DNA of 56,332 bases from a virus (Duplodnaviria > Caudoviricetes): the IMG/VR virus record IMGVR_UViG_3300029787_000057, positions 1 to 56,332 of that record; one strand, written 5' to 3'. The position numbers and the translations under genes are program-made. Below are positions 35,934 through 45,398 of the stretch, one piece after another; position 1 is the stretch's first letter; each line of letters opens with the position of its first letter. The notes below the pieces were generated by a model. That model did not search any database. It was not told the DNA's origin and saw nothing but the letters and a program-made list of their open reading frames with translations.

Positions 35934-36199
35934 TATTGTACGACCTCTTTTTCTTCCTCAACCACTTGTATTGACTCTCTGAGCAAAGCCTCTCTAGCTG
36001 CAATAACCACTTGAATATCATAGGCATCCTCCTGCAATGAACCAATTTGATTAGCTGTTGCATCTAATCTTGCCCTAAGATCCTGTAGTTTTGTAATCTG
36101 CCTATGCGCCTCTGGCTTGAGATCTTCTATCTTATAATCCTCGCCAAACAAGTTTATTACATCAGTGCTTTGTTCCGTCATCTGCGACTCTCCAAACAT
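35933..36199 (-). CDS. Small coiled-coil protein (tail-fibre associated)
   Basis: I...G..Y...DL motif then coil; likely start at MTEQ. Confidence 0.65.
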   Translation of the reverse strand: MFGESQMTEQSTDVINLFGEDYKIEDLKPEAHRQITKLQDLRARLDATANQIGSLQEDAYDIQVVIAAREALLRESIQVVEEEKEVVQ

Positions 36200-36872
36200 T
36201 TAAATTAGCTGCTACTGTTCTTCTTTCACCCGGCCCTTCAAAGGGGTACACCATGTGCTGCAACCAAGATGGAAACATATAAAACTTACCCACCTCTGGC
36301 TTTAGTATGCAGGATTGTGGTGGTTTCAACCGCTCTGTGTCCATCAAAGACCCTGCGCCATACTGAAACGAAATACAGCCGTCAGAGTTACCGCTTGCAT
36401 TATACAAAGAATACTCTGAGGTTCCTGACGTTGGGTTATCTAATATCTGTTGCGGAACCTTTGTCCAACAAGTGCAACTAATCCCCATGACAGTTTTAGT
36501 GCCATGATCATGTATTGGGTTGTAGTCACGCTCGTAACTGTGCACTGACCAAAGCTCATCTGTCTCAACTAATCTTTTTCCCGTAAAAGGATTGACAGTG
36601 GCAGTAGAGAAGTTTTTCAGATAATCAGCACCCATGATTTGAATCAGCTCGTTGAACTTTGCAAGTTTCGGGTGATTATGATCCATTGTAAGCTGTTCGC
36701 CATGACCTATCTGGCCAACTAGCGTACCCGCATGAGATCTACGGTCCTCTTGCTGTAAAAGATCATCTAAATAATCGTTAAGATTACTTACCATCTCATC
36801 AGATAAATCTGCCTCCATCAGAAAGACGGCTGGCAGTGCGTGCATCCGATACTCTTGTCTTACTTCACTCAA
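36162..36872 (-). CDS. 2OG-Fe(II) oxygenase family protein
   Basis: W.V....DYNP.HDH, FPSWL.H.V.PF, R...AN (DSBH fold, HxH..H). Confidence 0.85.
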   Translation of the reverse strand: MSEVRQEYRMHALPAVFLMEADLSDEMVSNLNDYLDDLLQQEDRRSHAGTLVGQIGHGEQLTMDHNHPKLAKFNELIQIMGADYLKNFSTATVNPFTGKRLVETDELWSVHSYERDYNPIHDHGTKTVMGISCTCWTKVPQQILDNPTSGTSEYSLYNASGNSDGCISFQYGAGSLMDTERLKPPQSCILKPEVGKFYMFPSWLQHMVYPFEGPGERRTVAANLNVWRVADDGTKH

Positions 36873-36883
36873 CTAATTATTCC

Positions 36884-36949
36884 TTACCATAACCAACTAA
36901 AAACTATTATCGGCAATATAACTAATACCACCAATACAAATTCTATCAC
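36884..36949 (-). CDS. Candidate 21-aa single-TM micropeptide
   Basis: GTG overlaps the upstream stop (TAGTG); MIEFVLVVLVILPIIVFSWLW. Confidence 0.45.
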   Translation of the reverse strand: MIEFVLVVLVILPIIVFSWLW

Positions 36950-37266
36950 TAGCTAGGTATTTGATAATCGTTATCTGGCACTGGGTCTGCTGGAGGATTA
37001 GTTATTACAGAATCATATTGACTGTTGAATATCGTATCCCATCTTGCGGTAGGGCAAAGAGCCTCTAACTCTGATTTAGTCCAATCAGCTTCTGCCTTTG
37101 CAGTAAAGTCACCATCAGCAGCCACTAATGTTGCAGACTTTTCGTTGGTGTAGTAATCAGCTTCACCTTCCGTGCCTTCTTCGTACTTCATCGTAAGCTC
37201 CCACTTCTCAACTTTATTGCTGAGATTGTAAGGAACCGCTTTCACTAAAGTTCTAGTAATTGCCAT
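36949..37266 (-). CDS. Tail-fibre-associated hypothetical protein
   Basis: Directly follows the fibre gene; strong RBS. Confidence 0.7.
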   Translation of the reverse strand: MAITRTLVKAVPYNLSNKVEKWELTMKYEEGTEGEADYYTNEKSATLVAADGDFTAKAEADWTKSELEALCPTARWDTIFNSQYDSVITNPPADPVPDNDYQIPS

Positions 37267-37268
37267 TT

Positions 37269-40200
37269 CTATCCTCCTTTAAGGGTTTCTATTTCTGCCG
37301 AAAGTTCTTGGATTGCTTTAACAAGCATTGGGATCAGTGCTGCTGGGGCTAAAGTCTGTACAGTAGTTTCATCTGTCATCCAAACATCTTGTCCGTCTTT
37401 GACCTCAGAATGGTTATCAATAACTGTTTTTACTTCTTGAGCAATAAACCCATGAAGCTCCTTTCCATATTCAGATCCCAAGCAGGGATTATCTGATCCA
37501 TCTATATATTGAGGCAACTCATTAGGAACATCTTTTGCTTTTTTCCAGTTATAAGTTACTGGCCTAAGATCGTTAATAAATGAAAGTCCCGCCGTGCTGT
37601 CTGTAATATTTTCTTTAAGTCTTTCATCAGAACTAGCAGCCCAACTTGTATCTGAACCATTTAATTCTAAAGATGCTACATTACTGCCACTGCCTATTGT
37701 TACTCTGTTATCGGCAGCAACAGTTACTTCTTGTCCAATTGCGATAGCGTTATTTCTTGAAGTAGCATTTGTATCTGCTCCTTTACCTATGCAGGTATTT
37801 CCACCACCAGTACTAATTGTAGCACCAGCACTAACTCCTAAAGCAGTGTTGCTATCACCTGTGCTAACAGCTTCTATTGCAGACGTACCGACTCCTGTAT
37901 TGCTTCCACCAGTTGTAAGTGTTGTTAAAGCAGCTTTACCAACGGCAGTGTTGCTGCTTCCTGTTGTGTTAGCATCTAATGCACTACCACCGACTGCTAC
38001 TAGGTTGTTTCCTGTAGTATTACTTTTAAGAGCACCGCTCCCAACGGCGGTATTTCCTGCAGCTGAACTTCCAGTAGAAACTGACTGTAAAGCTTGTTTT
38101 CCAAAAGCAGTGTTATCATTCCCCGTAGTAAGATATTGACCAGCTTGAAACCCCGCGATTGTACTAGCAGCCCCTGTAGTAGTGCTTTCTCCAGCACTAG
38201 TTCCTAAAAAGGTTCCTCCATCTCCGCTAGTTAAACTAAGTCCAGCCGAGTGACCAATTGCTGTGTTGGAACCCGAAGTAGTTATTGCACTCAAAGAACT
38301 TTTGCCCACCGACGTATTGTAACTGCCGGTAGTATTAGCATCTAAGGCAAATGCCCCTACAGAGACATTCTCTGTGCCTGTAGTGTTTTTGTTTAACGCA
38401 TCATACCCAACGCCCGTGTTGTAGTTTGCTAGATTATTTGCTAACACTTGGTAGCCAGTACCCAAGTTACCCGTTCCTGTTTCGTTCAGCGATAAAGTGT
38501 TATGTCCCAAAGCCGTATTTGCATCAGCAGTCGTATTAGAATTTAAGGCTTGGTATCCAACCGCCGTGTTGTTTGCACCAGTAGTATTTTGTGACAACGC
38601 ACTACGCCCAAGACCTAAATTATTACTTGCAGTAGTGTTATTCGCTAAAGCATTAACACCCATTGCTATGTTGCTACCGCCAGTTGTGTTTGCCCCTAGA
38701 GCATTCATGCCCACGGCTGTATTTTCCGCGCCAGTACTATTAGCATCTAAAGTGTTATAGCCGACCGCCGTGTTATTATCAGCAGTGCTATTAACCCCTA
38801 AAGCACCTGATCCAACCGCCGTGTTTTGTGAACCCGTAGTCGTTGATGCTGCTGCACTTTTTCCCACCGCTGTGTTGTTGCTTCCAGTAGAATTACTGGA
38901 CATAGCAGCTTGTCCAACGGCAACATTAGAGCCACCTGTCGTATTGGCGTCTAGCGCAAGAGTACCCACCGCTACATTTTCAACTCCGGTGCTGTTAACT
39001 AGCAACGCGTCTTTACCAATAGCCGTATTACTATGGCCTGTGGTGTTTGCTCTCATGGCGTGCTTTCCAACTGCCACGTTATTATCTGCTGTGGTATTGG
39101 CGTGTAAGGCTTCTCTACCTATTGCAACGTTAGATACACCTGTAGTGTTATCTGCAAGAGCATTAGATCCTACAGCTACATTTGAACTTCCTGTGGTGGT
39201 TGATAATGCGGCGTTATGCCCCACGGCTGTATTTTCATCGGCAGTACTATTATTACCTAAAGCATTTTGCCCGACAGCGACATTAGAACCCCCGGTTGTG
39301 CTTGCTCCTAATGCAGAAACGCCCAACGCACTATTACCAGTGCCTGTTGTATTAGCGTCGAGAGCGGCTGATCCCACAGCGGTATTAGCTGCTCCTGTTG
39401 TGGTTGCACCCATCGCTCCTGTACCAATTGCTGTGTTGTCTCCAGCAGTAGTAGCAGCGTCTAACGCTCTATATCCCACAGCAGTGTTAGACTGCCCTGT
39501 GGTGTTATCATTAAGAGCTTGATCTCCAACAGCGACGTTGCCGGAAGCGGTTGTATTTGCCTCAAGTGCAGAGTTGCCAATCGCAACATTGTTGGAACCC
39601 GTTGTATTTGAAGCTAACGCAGAGGTTCCCATCGCATTGTTTGCACTGCCCGTGGTATTAGCCGTCAGTGCAGCACCGCCAACAGCCGTGTTAAATGAAG
39701 CTGTAGTGTTTGCTGCGAGAGCCTCAGAGCCAAGGGCAACATTAAATGTTCCAGTTGTGGCAGCAGTTAAAGCATTGTAACCAACCGCAACAGTGTTACC
39801 CGCTGTTGTCAGAGCATCACCAGCAAGACCACCTACGAGCGTGTTTTGAACTCCCGTAGTGAGTGAAAAACCAGCAACATATCCAACCCCTACATTGTAA
39901 ACATCAGTGGTTGTTGTGAAGTTTTGAGTAGCTAATGCAGCAGAACCTAACGCAACATTTCTATCTCCTTTAGTATCAGCACCTAAAGAGTTGAATCCCA
40001 CGGCAACATTGTTGTCCGCAGTGCTTATAGCATCTCCAGACCTTGAACCTATGAAAGTGTTATTAAATCCAGTGGTTACTTCGGTTCCAGCGTTATCTCC
40101 AACCAGAGTGTTATCATTCCCCGTAGTTAGCGCATCTCCTGCGTTTTCACCAATAGCTACGTTGTCATCTCCAGTAGTGAGGCTACTACCTAACGCACCC

Positions 40201-40643
40201 GAACCAAGGCCAACATTATTAGTTCCACCTGTTACGTCTAATACATCAGTGACAGCGCCGCCTGATCCAGCACCATCGGTAGCTACCATCTTGATACCGC
40301 CGTTGGGTATTGTAACTGTAGAGCCAGTGCCTTGTTTAATAATTACGCTGTCACCAGCAGAGTTTTGTATGACCCATACATTTGAAAGCGTGTTGGGAGC
40401 AAGAGTTACAGTACAAGCTTGCGAAAGAGATCCCGTAAGCGTTAAAGAAAAAGAGCGGAACGCATCGCTCGATCCATCTGCCATCGTAATCGTTGCAGTC
40501 GAGGCATCAGATAAAGCTTCAGAACCAGTGCCAAATTTTTCTGCAATAAGCTCCAAATTTGTATTTGTGCTATTTCCCCAAGTTCCTGCTTCATCGCCTG
40601 TGGCGATTTCTTTTAAGCGTAAATCATTTACATACGTTGCCAT
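37269..40643 (-). CDS. Tail fibre/spike with 14-aa NTAVG..AL repeats and C-terminal peptidase S74 chaperone
   Basis: N-anchor G...GTWG..TN.NL; dozens of 14-residue N.AVG..AL..NTT repeats; SSDERLK.NI, LRPV.Y.W, GFIAQEV, LVKAIQEL. Confidence 0.92.
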   Translation of the reverse strand: MATYVNDLRLKEIATGDEAGTWGNSTNTNLELIAEKFGTGSEALSDASTATITMADGSSDAFRSFSLTLTGSLSQACTVTLAPNTLSNVWVIQNSAGDSVIIKQGTGSTVTIPNGGIKMVATDGAGSGGAVTDVLDVTGGTNNVGLGSGALGSSLTTGDDNVAIGENAGDALTTGNDNTLVGDNAGTEVTTGFNNTFIGSRSGDAISTADNNVAVGFNSLGADTKGDRNVALGSAALATQNFTTTTDVYNVGVGYVAGFSLTTGVQNTLVGGLAGDALTTAGNTVAVGYNALTAATTGTFNVALGSEALAANTTASFNTAVGGAALTANTTGSANNAMGTSALASNTTGSNNVAIGNSALEANTTASGNVAVGDQALNDNTTGQSNTAVGYRALDAATTAGDNTAIGTGAMGATTTGAANTAVGSAALDANTTGTGNSALGVSALGASTTGGSNVAVGQNALGNNSTADENTAVGHNAALSTTTGSSNVAVGSNALADNTTGVSNVAIGREALHANTTADNNVAVGKHAMRANTTGHSNTAIGKDALLVNSTGVENVAVGTLALDANTTGGSNVAVGQAAMSSNSTGSNNTAVGKSAAASTTTGSQNTAVGSGALGVNSTADNNTAVGYNTLDANSTGAENTAVGMNALGANTTGGSNIAMGVNALANNTTASNNLGLGRSALSQNTTGANNTAVGYQALNSNTTADANTALGHNTLSLNETGTGNLGTGYQVLANNLANYNTGVGYDALNKNTTGTENVSVGAFALDANTTGSYNTSVGKSSLSAITTSGSNTAIGHSAGLSLTSGDGGTFLGTSAGESTTTGAASTIAGFQAGQYLTTGNDNTAFGKQALQSVSTGSSAAGNTAVGSGALKSNTTGNNLVAVGGSALDANTTGSSNTAVGKAALTTLTTGGSNTGVGTSAIEAVSTGDSNTALGVSAGATISTGGGNTCIGKGADTNATSRNNAIAIGQEVTVAADNRVTIGSGSNVASLELNGSDTSWAASSDERLKENITDSTAGLSFINDLRPVTYNWKKAKDVPNELPQYIDGSDNPCLGSEYGKELHGFIAQEVKTVIDNHSEVKDGQDVWMTDETTVQTLAPAALIPMLVKAIQELSAEIETLKGG

Positions 40644-40646
40644 AGC

Positions 40647-40778
40647 TTACCTTTTCTTAGTTTTAGCTTTAGGTTTTTTCATTGAGGACAAATGCTTCTT
40701 CAAAGTATCAGCTTGCTTTTTATGGGTCTTAGATGCTTTCTCTAAACCCTTAATCACTTTCCTTACTTTGCGAACCAT
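40647..40778 (-). CDS. Small Lys-rich protein (43 aa, not in ORF track)
   Basis: MVRKVRKVIKGLEKASKTHKKQADTLKK...; TGATG coupling. Confidence 0.75.
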   Translation of the reverse strand: MVRKVRKVIKGLEKASKTHKKQADTLKKHLSSMKKPKAKTKKR

Positions 40779-41671
40779 CAGGCTACCTCTTTCCAATTCG
40801 GTGTTTGTGTGTCACTAACTGATGTCCAGTTAGGCGTTTGAGAATCATCAATAGAACTCCAGTTGGGAGTTTGCGAGTCATCTACTAGTGTCCATATATT
40901 TACTAATCCGATTTGTCCTGTGCCAACAACTCCAGTCGGCTCGACGTTTGCATCTGGGACGATTGATACAACCCCGATTGATCCAACCATCTCAGGCATC
41001 GAGACATTAATCGTTTGAGCTGTGCTAGTAGTGACTGAGCCAACAGAACCAGTGCCTTCCACGCCAGTAGGGGTAGCTGATGCAGCAGCAGTAACGGATA
41101 CCGAACCGACTGAATTAGTAGCACTAACCCCAGTAATAGAAGCGTTGGCCCCAGCAGTAGCAGTGACAGAACCCACACCACCAGTTGCTGCAATGCCCGT
41201 GACACTGACGTTAGCCTCACCCGTGACTGTAACGCTGCCAGCGGCTGAAGTGCCAACAACACCAGTAGGACTAACATTCGCAGCGGCGGTAACAGAAACT
41301 GATCCCACAGATCCTGTTGAAGATACGCCGGTGACTGAGGTGGTTGCTTCCGCGACGACCGATACAGACCCGATAGAACCCGTACCCGCGACACCAGTTG
41401 GCGTAATGTTAGCTGTTCCCGTAACCGATACAGATCCAACAGACCCTGTTGCAGATACTCCTGTAACTGAAGTATTAGCGGCTGCTGCGACTGTGACCGA
41501 TCCGACAGCAGATGTTCCCGCCACGCCTGTGACAGCGGTTGTTGCCGTCCCTGTGACCGTAACCGAACCGATTGATCCAGTTGCAGATACACCTGTGACA
41601 GTGACTGGGACATCTTCATTCCACGGGCCTTCGCCCCAAGTGCCTCTACCCCATCCATTAACAATCGCCAC
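40778..41671 (-). CDS. Repetitive V/T/G/S-rich tail/virion protein
   Basis: GWGRGTWG.G.W start; ~21-aa VTGV.ATG.VGSV.V repeats; D.QTPNW repeats. Confidence 0.8.
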   Translation of the reverse strand: MAIVNGWGRGTWGEGPWNEDVPVTVTGVSATGSIGSVTVTGTATTAVTGVAGTSAVGSVTVAAAANTSVTGVSATGSVGSVSVTGTANITPTGVAGTGSIGSVSVVAEATTSVTGVSSTGSVGSVSVTAAANVSPTGVVGTSAAGSVTVTGEANVSVTGIAATGGVGSVTATAGANASITGVSATNSVGSVSVTAAASATPTGVEGTGSVGSVTTSTAQTINVSMPEMVGSIGVVSIVPDANVEPTGVVGTGQIGLVNIWTLVDDSQTPNWSSIDDSQTPNWTSVSDTQTPNWKEVA

Positions 41672-41674
41672 ACT

Positions 41675-41929
41675 CTACTTCCTATGTCTAGCGGTTTTCT
41701 TCGCTATTTTTTTAGGCTGCTTTGAATGCTGCTTTCCTTTCTTTGTGTCTGCTTTTTTCTTTCTGGATGTAGCAGCATATTCCGCATCTGATAAAGCCTG
41801 TCTAGCCTTCTTCGGGAGATACCTTTCACCTGTCGCCTTTTTTCCTTGTGTTGATGGCTTTCCTGATTTGGTTCCCCAATCCTGCTTAGTCCATTTCTTT
41901 AAAGACTTTTGTGATTTTTTTAAAGACAC
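41675..41929 (-). CDS. Small basic protein (SLK.W..Q.W.TKSGK)
   Basis: K/R-rich, coupled ORF. Confidence 0.75.
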   Translation of the reverse strand: MSLKKSQKSLKKWTKQDWGTKSGKPSTQGKKATGERYLPKKARQALSDAEYAATSRKKKADTKKGKQHSKQPKKIAKKTARHRK

Positions 41930-42189
41930 TACTTGTAGCCACCACCCGCATCTTTGTAAGCTTTCGCAAGCATTTGAGCTTTACGAGCAGACCACTGACC
42001 GGGCTTGCCACCTTTGCTACCAGCTTTGATACGATTAAACTGACGCTTTCTCATTTCTGGCTTAGTGTAGTTACCAGCCTCATTAACACGCGACTTTGCC
42101 TTTTTCCCATCCTTCATTGCGACTGGCTTTTTTACCACTCGCTTAACAGCTTTTTTAACAGGCTTTTTAGCTGCTGGCATATTAGGCAA
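41929..42189 (-). CDS. Small basic protein (NYTKP..R...GQWSARKAQ...Y...GGGY)
   Basis: K-rich; motif recalled from phage hypotheticals. Confidence 0.75.
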   Translation of the reverse strand: MPNMPAAKKPVKKAVKRVVKKPVAMKDGKKAKSRVNEAGNYTKPEMRKRQFNRIKAGSKGGKPGQWSARKAQMLAKAYKDAGGGYK

Positions 42190-42610
42190 TCCTTATGATC
42201 GCATTAGAAGCATCTGCTGTAGGAAACTGAACAGTGAAGTCTCCGGCAGTGCTAGTCTTATCACCACCAAATGCCAAAGCACAAACCGCTTTGTTAGAAG
42301 CACTGCTGTTATAAATTAGTGCTCCATTCGCCGTGATTGTTGCGCTGGAGAAGGTAAGATCTGAGAAGTCGCATAGAGCAGTCGTTCCAGATGTCGTGGG
42401 AGTCACTGAAGTCAGGTTTGACCCACCACTAGAATAACCTGTGCCACTAACCTCGTTAGTTGTAGCAAACGCCGTAGTACTTGCCCCCAAAGATGCACTG
42501 CTCGTAAACAACGCAAGTTTAAAAGTGTTACCCGTGGTAGCAGTAAAGTTGTGAGTTCCAACAAGTATTTCCTGCTTAAACGAGGTACACATAGCTGTAG
42601 ATATAGCCAT
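42182..42610 (-). CDS. Virion structural (tail-associated) protein
   Basis: SFK.E.L.G.H, FKLAL, EV.GTGY..GG, GALIYN, FG.DK. Confidence 0.75.
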   Translation of the reverse strand: MAISTAMCTSFKQEILVGTHNFTATTGNTFKLALFTSSASLGASTTAFATTNEVSGTGYSSGGSNLTSVTPTTSGTTALCDFSDLTFSSATITANGALIYNSSASNKAVCALAFGGDKTSTAGDFTVQFPTADASNAIIRIA

Positions 42611-42894
42611 TATAGTCTCCTTAAAATGTTAGCCATCTCTTGTTGGCCTTGGTTTTCTAACTCTGCTATCAAGGTTGTCCGATCACTCTTGATCGCCTCT
42701 TTCATGTAATATGAAATCTGTTGTAGCACCGCTTCTTTGAAAGCTTCTGCTTGCTGGGCAATGATTGGATGGCAGTTGCCTCCTATGCTTACTATTCTTT
42801 TTGTAGCTTGCTCTGCCCAAAAATCTGGATCGTGACCCATATTTTGAGTGGTTGTCACATCCACTGTACCAACTTCAAATGAAGAAAAGGACAC
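42610..42894 (-). CDS. Hypothetical virion-module protein
   Basis: Coupled ORF. Confidence 0.7.
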   Translation of the reverse strand: MSFSSFEVGTVDVTTTQNMGHDPDFWAEQATKRIVSIGGNCHPIIAQQAEAFKEAVLQQISYYMKEAIKSDRTTLIAELENQGQQEMANILRRL

Positions 42895-43532
42895 TACCTA
42901 GCTACCCTGACTGCACCAGCCCTATAGCTATCTGTTGTATTATAGCCTTCACCTAAAGACTTGATGTCATTCAAAGCGGTTTCGTATCTGGTATTATAGA
43001 CTTGCATCATGTCTGGTTCGCTTTTCAGAAAGGTTGATGCTTCAACCAAACATCCATACAACAAAGCACTTTCTGCATTTGTACCAAGCCAACTTGTGCC
43101 GCTAGCAGCGACAGTTATTGACTCTGGCTTGTAAAAATAATGCAGCTCACTCGTTAGGTTTGCATTAGGTGTTGGCCCTAGAATAAACGTGCTTGAGTCA
43201 AACAATCCATAATACTTTGGTATGCCAGTGGTAGAAGAAACCGGATAAGCCTCTCTAATAAAGTTAACATCCTTCTGGATCAAAAACTCATATCCACTGT
43301 TATCAATAGCGATTGAATACACCGCCAAAAAGTCTGATGGCGTAGAAAGATACTCGTTACCGCTTGTTGTTGTGCCGGTAACATTCTTTCTAAAATCAGG
43401 CAGTTGAACTGACTTCAGTATTCTGTTTTCAGCTTGAGTTATGATAACGGGTAAGTTAGTAACAAACGTGGATTCAGATGTCTCCATGTAGTCTTGTATC
43501 GCCGTCTTTAGGGTGGTGAATGTGAAAGCCAT
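42894..43532 (-). CDS. Head-tail adaptor/tail tubular protein
   Basis: L...IQDY.E, I..AE.RI, P.DF, G.PKYY, PTP, LLYG.L.EA. Confidence 0.75.
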   Translation of the reverse strand: MAFTFTTLKTAIQDYMETSESTFVTNLPVIITQAENRILKSVQLPDFRKNVTGTTTSGNEYLSTPSDFLAVYSIAIDNSGYEFLIQKDVNFIREAYPVSSTTGIPKYYGLFDSSTFILGPTPNANLTSELHYFYKPESITVAASGTSWLGTNAESALLYGCLVEASTFLKSEPDMMQVYNTRYETALNDIKSLGEGYNTTDSYRAGAVRVAR

Positions 43533-43846
43533 CAGCTTATAACCACTCGCGCAATACCAACCTCGCCCCGCATAAACACAGCATCATTGCCAACAGGATC
43601 AAAGGCAGCTAACGCCCTGCTTTCTTCTAACGACTGATCCGGCCTTGGATTCCTCAAAGCTTGAGGATCGTTAACCTTCACTCTTCCCAAATGAAGTTGA
43701 GGCTGATCAGGACTCCAAACGTCCTTCCCCACAAGCAGCCCAGTAGGTCTGCCATTTTTTATTTCTGGTTTTAAATCTTTTAATGGATAGCGAAACCCAG
43801 TTAGATCGCAAAATCCGTAAGCATATTTACCACTAGCAAAGCTCAA
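43532..43846 (-). CDS. Conserved virion-module protein (A.G.CD.TGFRY...HPQ-like)
   Basis: Coupled ORF; DPQAL.NPRPD. Confidence 0.7.
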   Translation of the reverse strand: MSFASGKYAYGFCDLTGFRYPLKDLKPEIKNGRPTGLLVGKDVWSPDQPQLHLGRVKVNDPQALRNPRPDQSLEESRALAAFDPVGNDAVFMRGEVGIARVVIS

Positions 43847-44535
43847 TATGTATACCCTCCGGGTGCTATAAACAAAGAGGCTTTCTCTCTAGCAGAATCA
43901 GCCGCCATCATCCATTGTTCTTCGTAATCTGCTTTCAAAGCCTCCATGCGATTCGCCGCTGACGGAAACTTCAAGCTCAACTGAAAAGCCAATCCAGATA
44001 TTAAGCAAGGTAAAAACCTAGCCGGTATGTCCATATTATTACTTGCTGGAGATCCGCTGTCTTCTATTCGCTCCATGTAGTAGTAAGCAAATATATATGT
44101 TTCCTGATCGTCAGGCGTGGGCCATAAATTTATCGTTATACCATCTGGAGTTCTCTCAACGTAATACTCAAGAGGCTTAGATCTTGTTAGTTTATTTGAT
44201 AAATGTGAATACTGGCTAACAGATATTCTACTCATACTCTGATCAAACTGCTTGTCAGTGTCTCCAGAGTCTGTCCTCAAAAAACCTTCAACAATGTCAA
44301 ATATCTTAGCATTAAGAGAGTATGTATTAGTGCCAGCAGTTAGTGTTTGTGTCCCAAACTTCACAGTCCACAAATTCAAACCACGGTTCTGCCACTCAAG
44401 CATCAACAGATCAATGCTTCTTCTTGCTGTTTTGTAGTCGTAGCCACTACGCAGTTCCAACCCCGCCCTCTCAAACGCCTCTTCCATAGCGTCAGAAAGA
44501 TCAAGATTGAAAGTATGTGTACCGCTTGTAGCCAT
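43843..44535 (-). CDS. Head-tail connector/adaptor protein
   Basis: MATSGT..F.LD, EEAFER.G, W.NRG.NLWT, WPTPD, P.RF.PC...GLA. Confidence 0.75.
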   Translation of the reverse strand: MATSGTHTFNLDLSDAMEEAFERAGLELRSGYDYKTARRSIDLLMLEWQNRGLNLWTVKFGTQTLTAGTNTYSLNAKIFDIVEGFLRTDSGDTDKQFDQSMSRISVSQYSHLSNKLTRSKPLEYYVERTPDGITINLWPTPDDQETYIFAYYYMERIEDSGSPASNNMDIPARFLPCLISGLAFQLSLKFPSAANRMEALKADYEEQWMMAADSAREKASLFIAPGGYTY

Positions 44536-44621
44536 TACTTCTTCCTTTTAACCTTGGCTTTTCTTTTTTTTGCAGGAGCCGAGGATATTTGTTTTTTCTG
44601 CTGCGCCCTACTGATCGGCAT
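44535..44621 (-). CDS. 28-aa basic micro-protein MPISRAQQKKQISSAPAKKRKAKVKRKK
   Basis: Translationally coupled at both ends (TGATG, TAATG). Confidence 0.7.
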   Translation of the reverse strand: MPISRAQQKKQISSAPAKKRKAKVKRKK

Positions 44622-44953
44622 CAAGACTTACCAAACTTTTGCTTTTGTGATTTAGGGGGAGACTTCTTGCTCCCGCCTTTACCGGCCCAAAAAACTTTAT
44701 TTGCCCAGTATGCGGCACTTGTTGGCCCCTTCTTTATATTCTTCGCATGACGAGCCTTGAAGCTCTTACGAGCCTCTGGGCTGTAGTTATGGCCCATCTT
44801 CTGATCACCAAACCGAATGATCTTCATTTTCTCGCCATCCCTGACGGCAACAACCGCTTTTTTCTTGGGATGCTTGGGCGTTCTTTTGGGTTTGTTTAAA
44901 CCAGATAAACCAACCTTTTTCAGCCTGTTTTTTTCTGATTCACTTAAACTCAT
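44621..44953 (-). CDS. Small basic protein (NKPKRTP.H..K...IRFG...RKSFKARH...AYW)
   Basis: K-rich; motif recalled from phage hypotheticals. Confidence 0.75.
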   Translation of the reverse strand: MSLSESEKNRLKKVGLSGLNKPKRTPKHPKKKAVVAVRDGEKMKIIRFGDQKMGHNYSPEARKSFKARHAKNIKKGPTSAAYWANKVFWAGKGGSKKSPPKSQKQKFGKS

Positions 44954-45174
44954 TTTTTTCTCGATCTGTTCTTTGATCTAGATTCAACCCGAAGGTTGCT
45001 TCTCCTGTTGTTATGAGTGTTTCCGTCTTTATGGTGGACATCTTTATTATCCCCCTTAGAAACAGCTCCAGAAGAAGCCATTTTCCTTCTAGCGGCATTT
45101 CTGCCAGCCCTTCTTTTCTTCTCTTCAGGCTTAGAATGGAACTTCTTGTATTCTCTCTTGTAGTTCCTAGCCAT
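44950..45174 (-). CDS. Small HNH endonuclease-like protein
   Basis: RNYK.EY, KDVHHKDGN..NN..SNL.V.S.S.NRS. Confidence 0.85.
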   Translation of the reverse strand: MARNYKREYKKFHSKPEEKKRRAGRNAARRKMASSGAVSKGDNKDVHHKDGNTHNNRRSNLRVESRSKNRSRKK

Positions 45175-45179
45175 AGAGA

Positions 45180-45398
45180 TTATTTTTTAGGTGCTGCCTT
45201 TTTAGGTGCAGCTTTCTTAGCTGGAGCCTTCTTCTCTTCTGGTGCCATGTCTTTCAACGCAACTTCAGCGTCTGCCTTGACAAACACATCCCCAGAAACA
45301 GCGACATACTCACCATCTTCGTTTTTACTACCGATCTGATAAGCATCTTCGCCAGTTTTGCCGAATACTCCACTAACAAATATTTCAAGCTTTGCCAT
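45180..45398 (-). CDS. Small protein with histone-like PAKKA tail
   Basis: KKAPAKKAAPKKAAPKK. Confidence 0.75.
   Translation of the reverse strand: MAKLEIFVSGVFGKTGEDAYQIGSKNEDGEYVAVSGDVFVKADAEVALKDMAPEEKKAPAKKAAPKKAAPKK

Noticed and set aside
37269-40643. Diversity-generating retroelement acting on the tail fibre
   Set aside because: No reverse transcriptase and no template/variable repeat pair differing at adenines was seen; the repeats are ordinary 14-aa structural repeats
37594-42029. Long + strand ORFs (up to 335 aa) opposite the tail fibre and V/T/G/S-repeat genes
   Set aside because: Antisense shadows of repetitive, codon-biased genes; no RBS and no independent protein motifs
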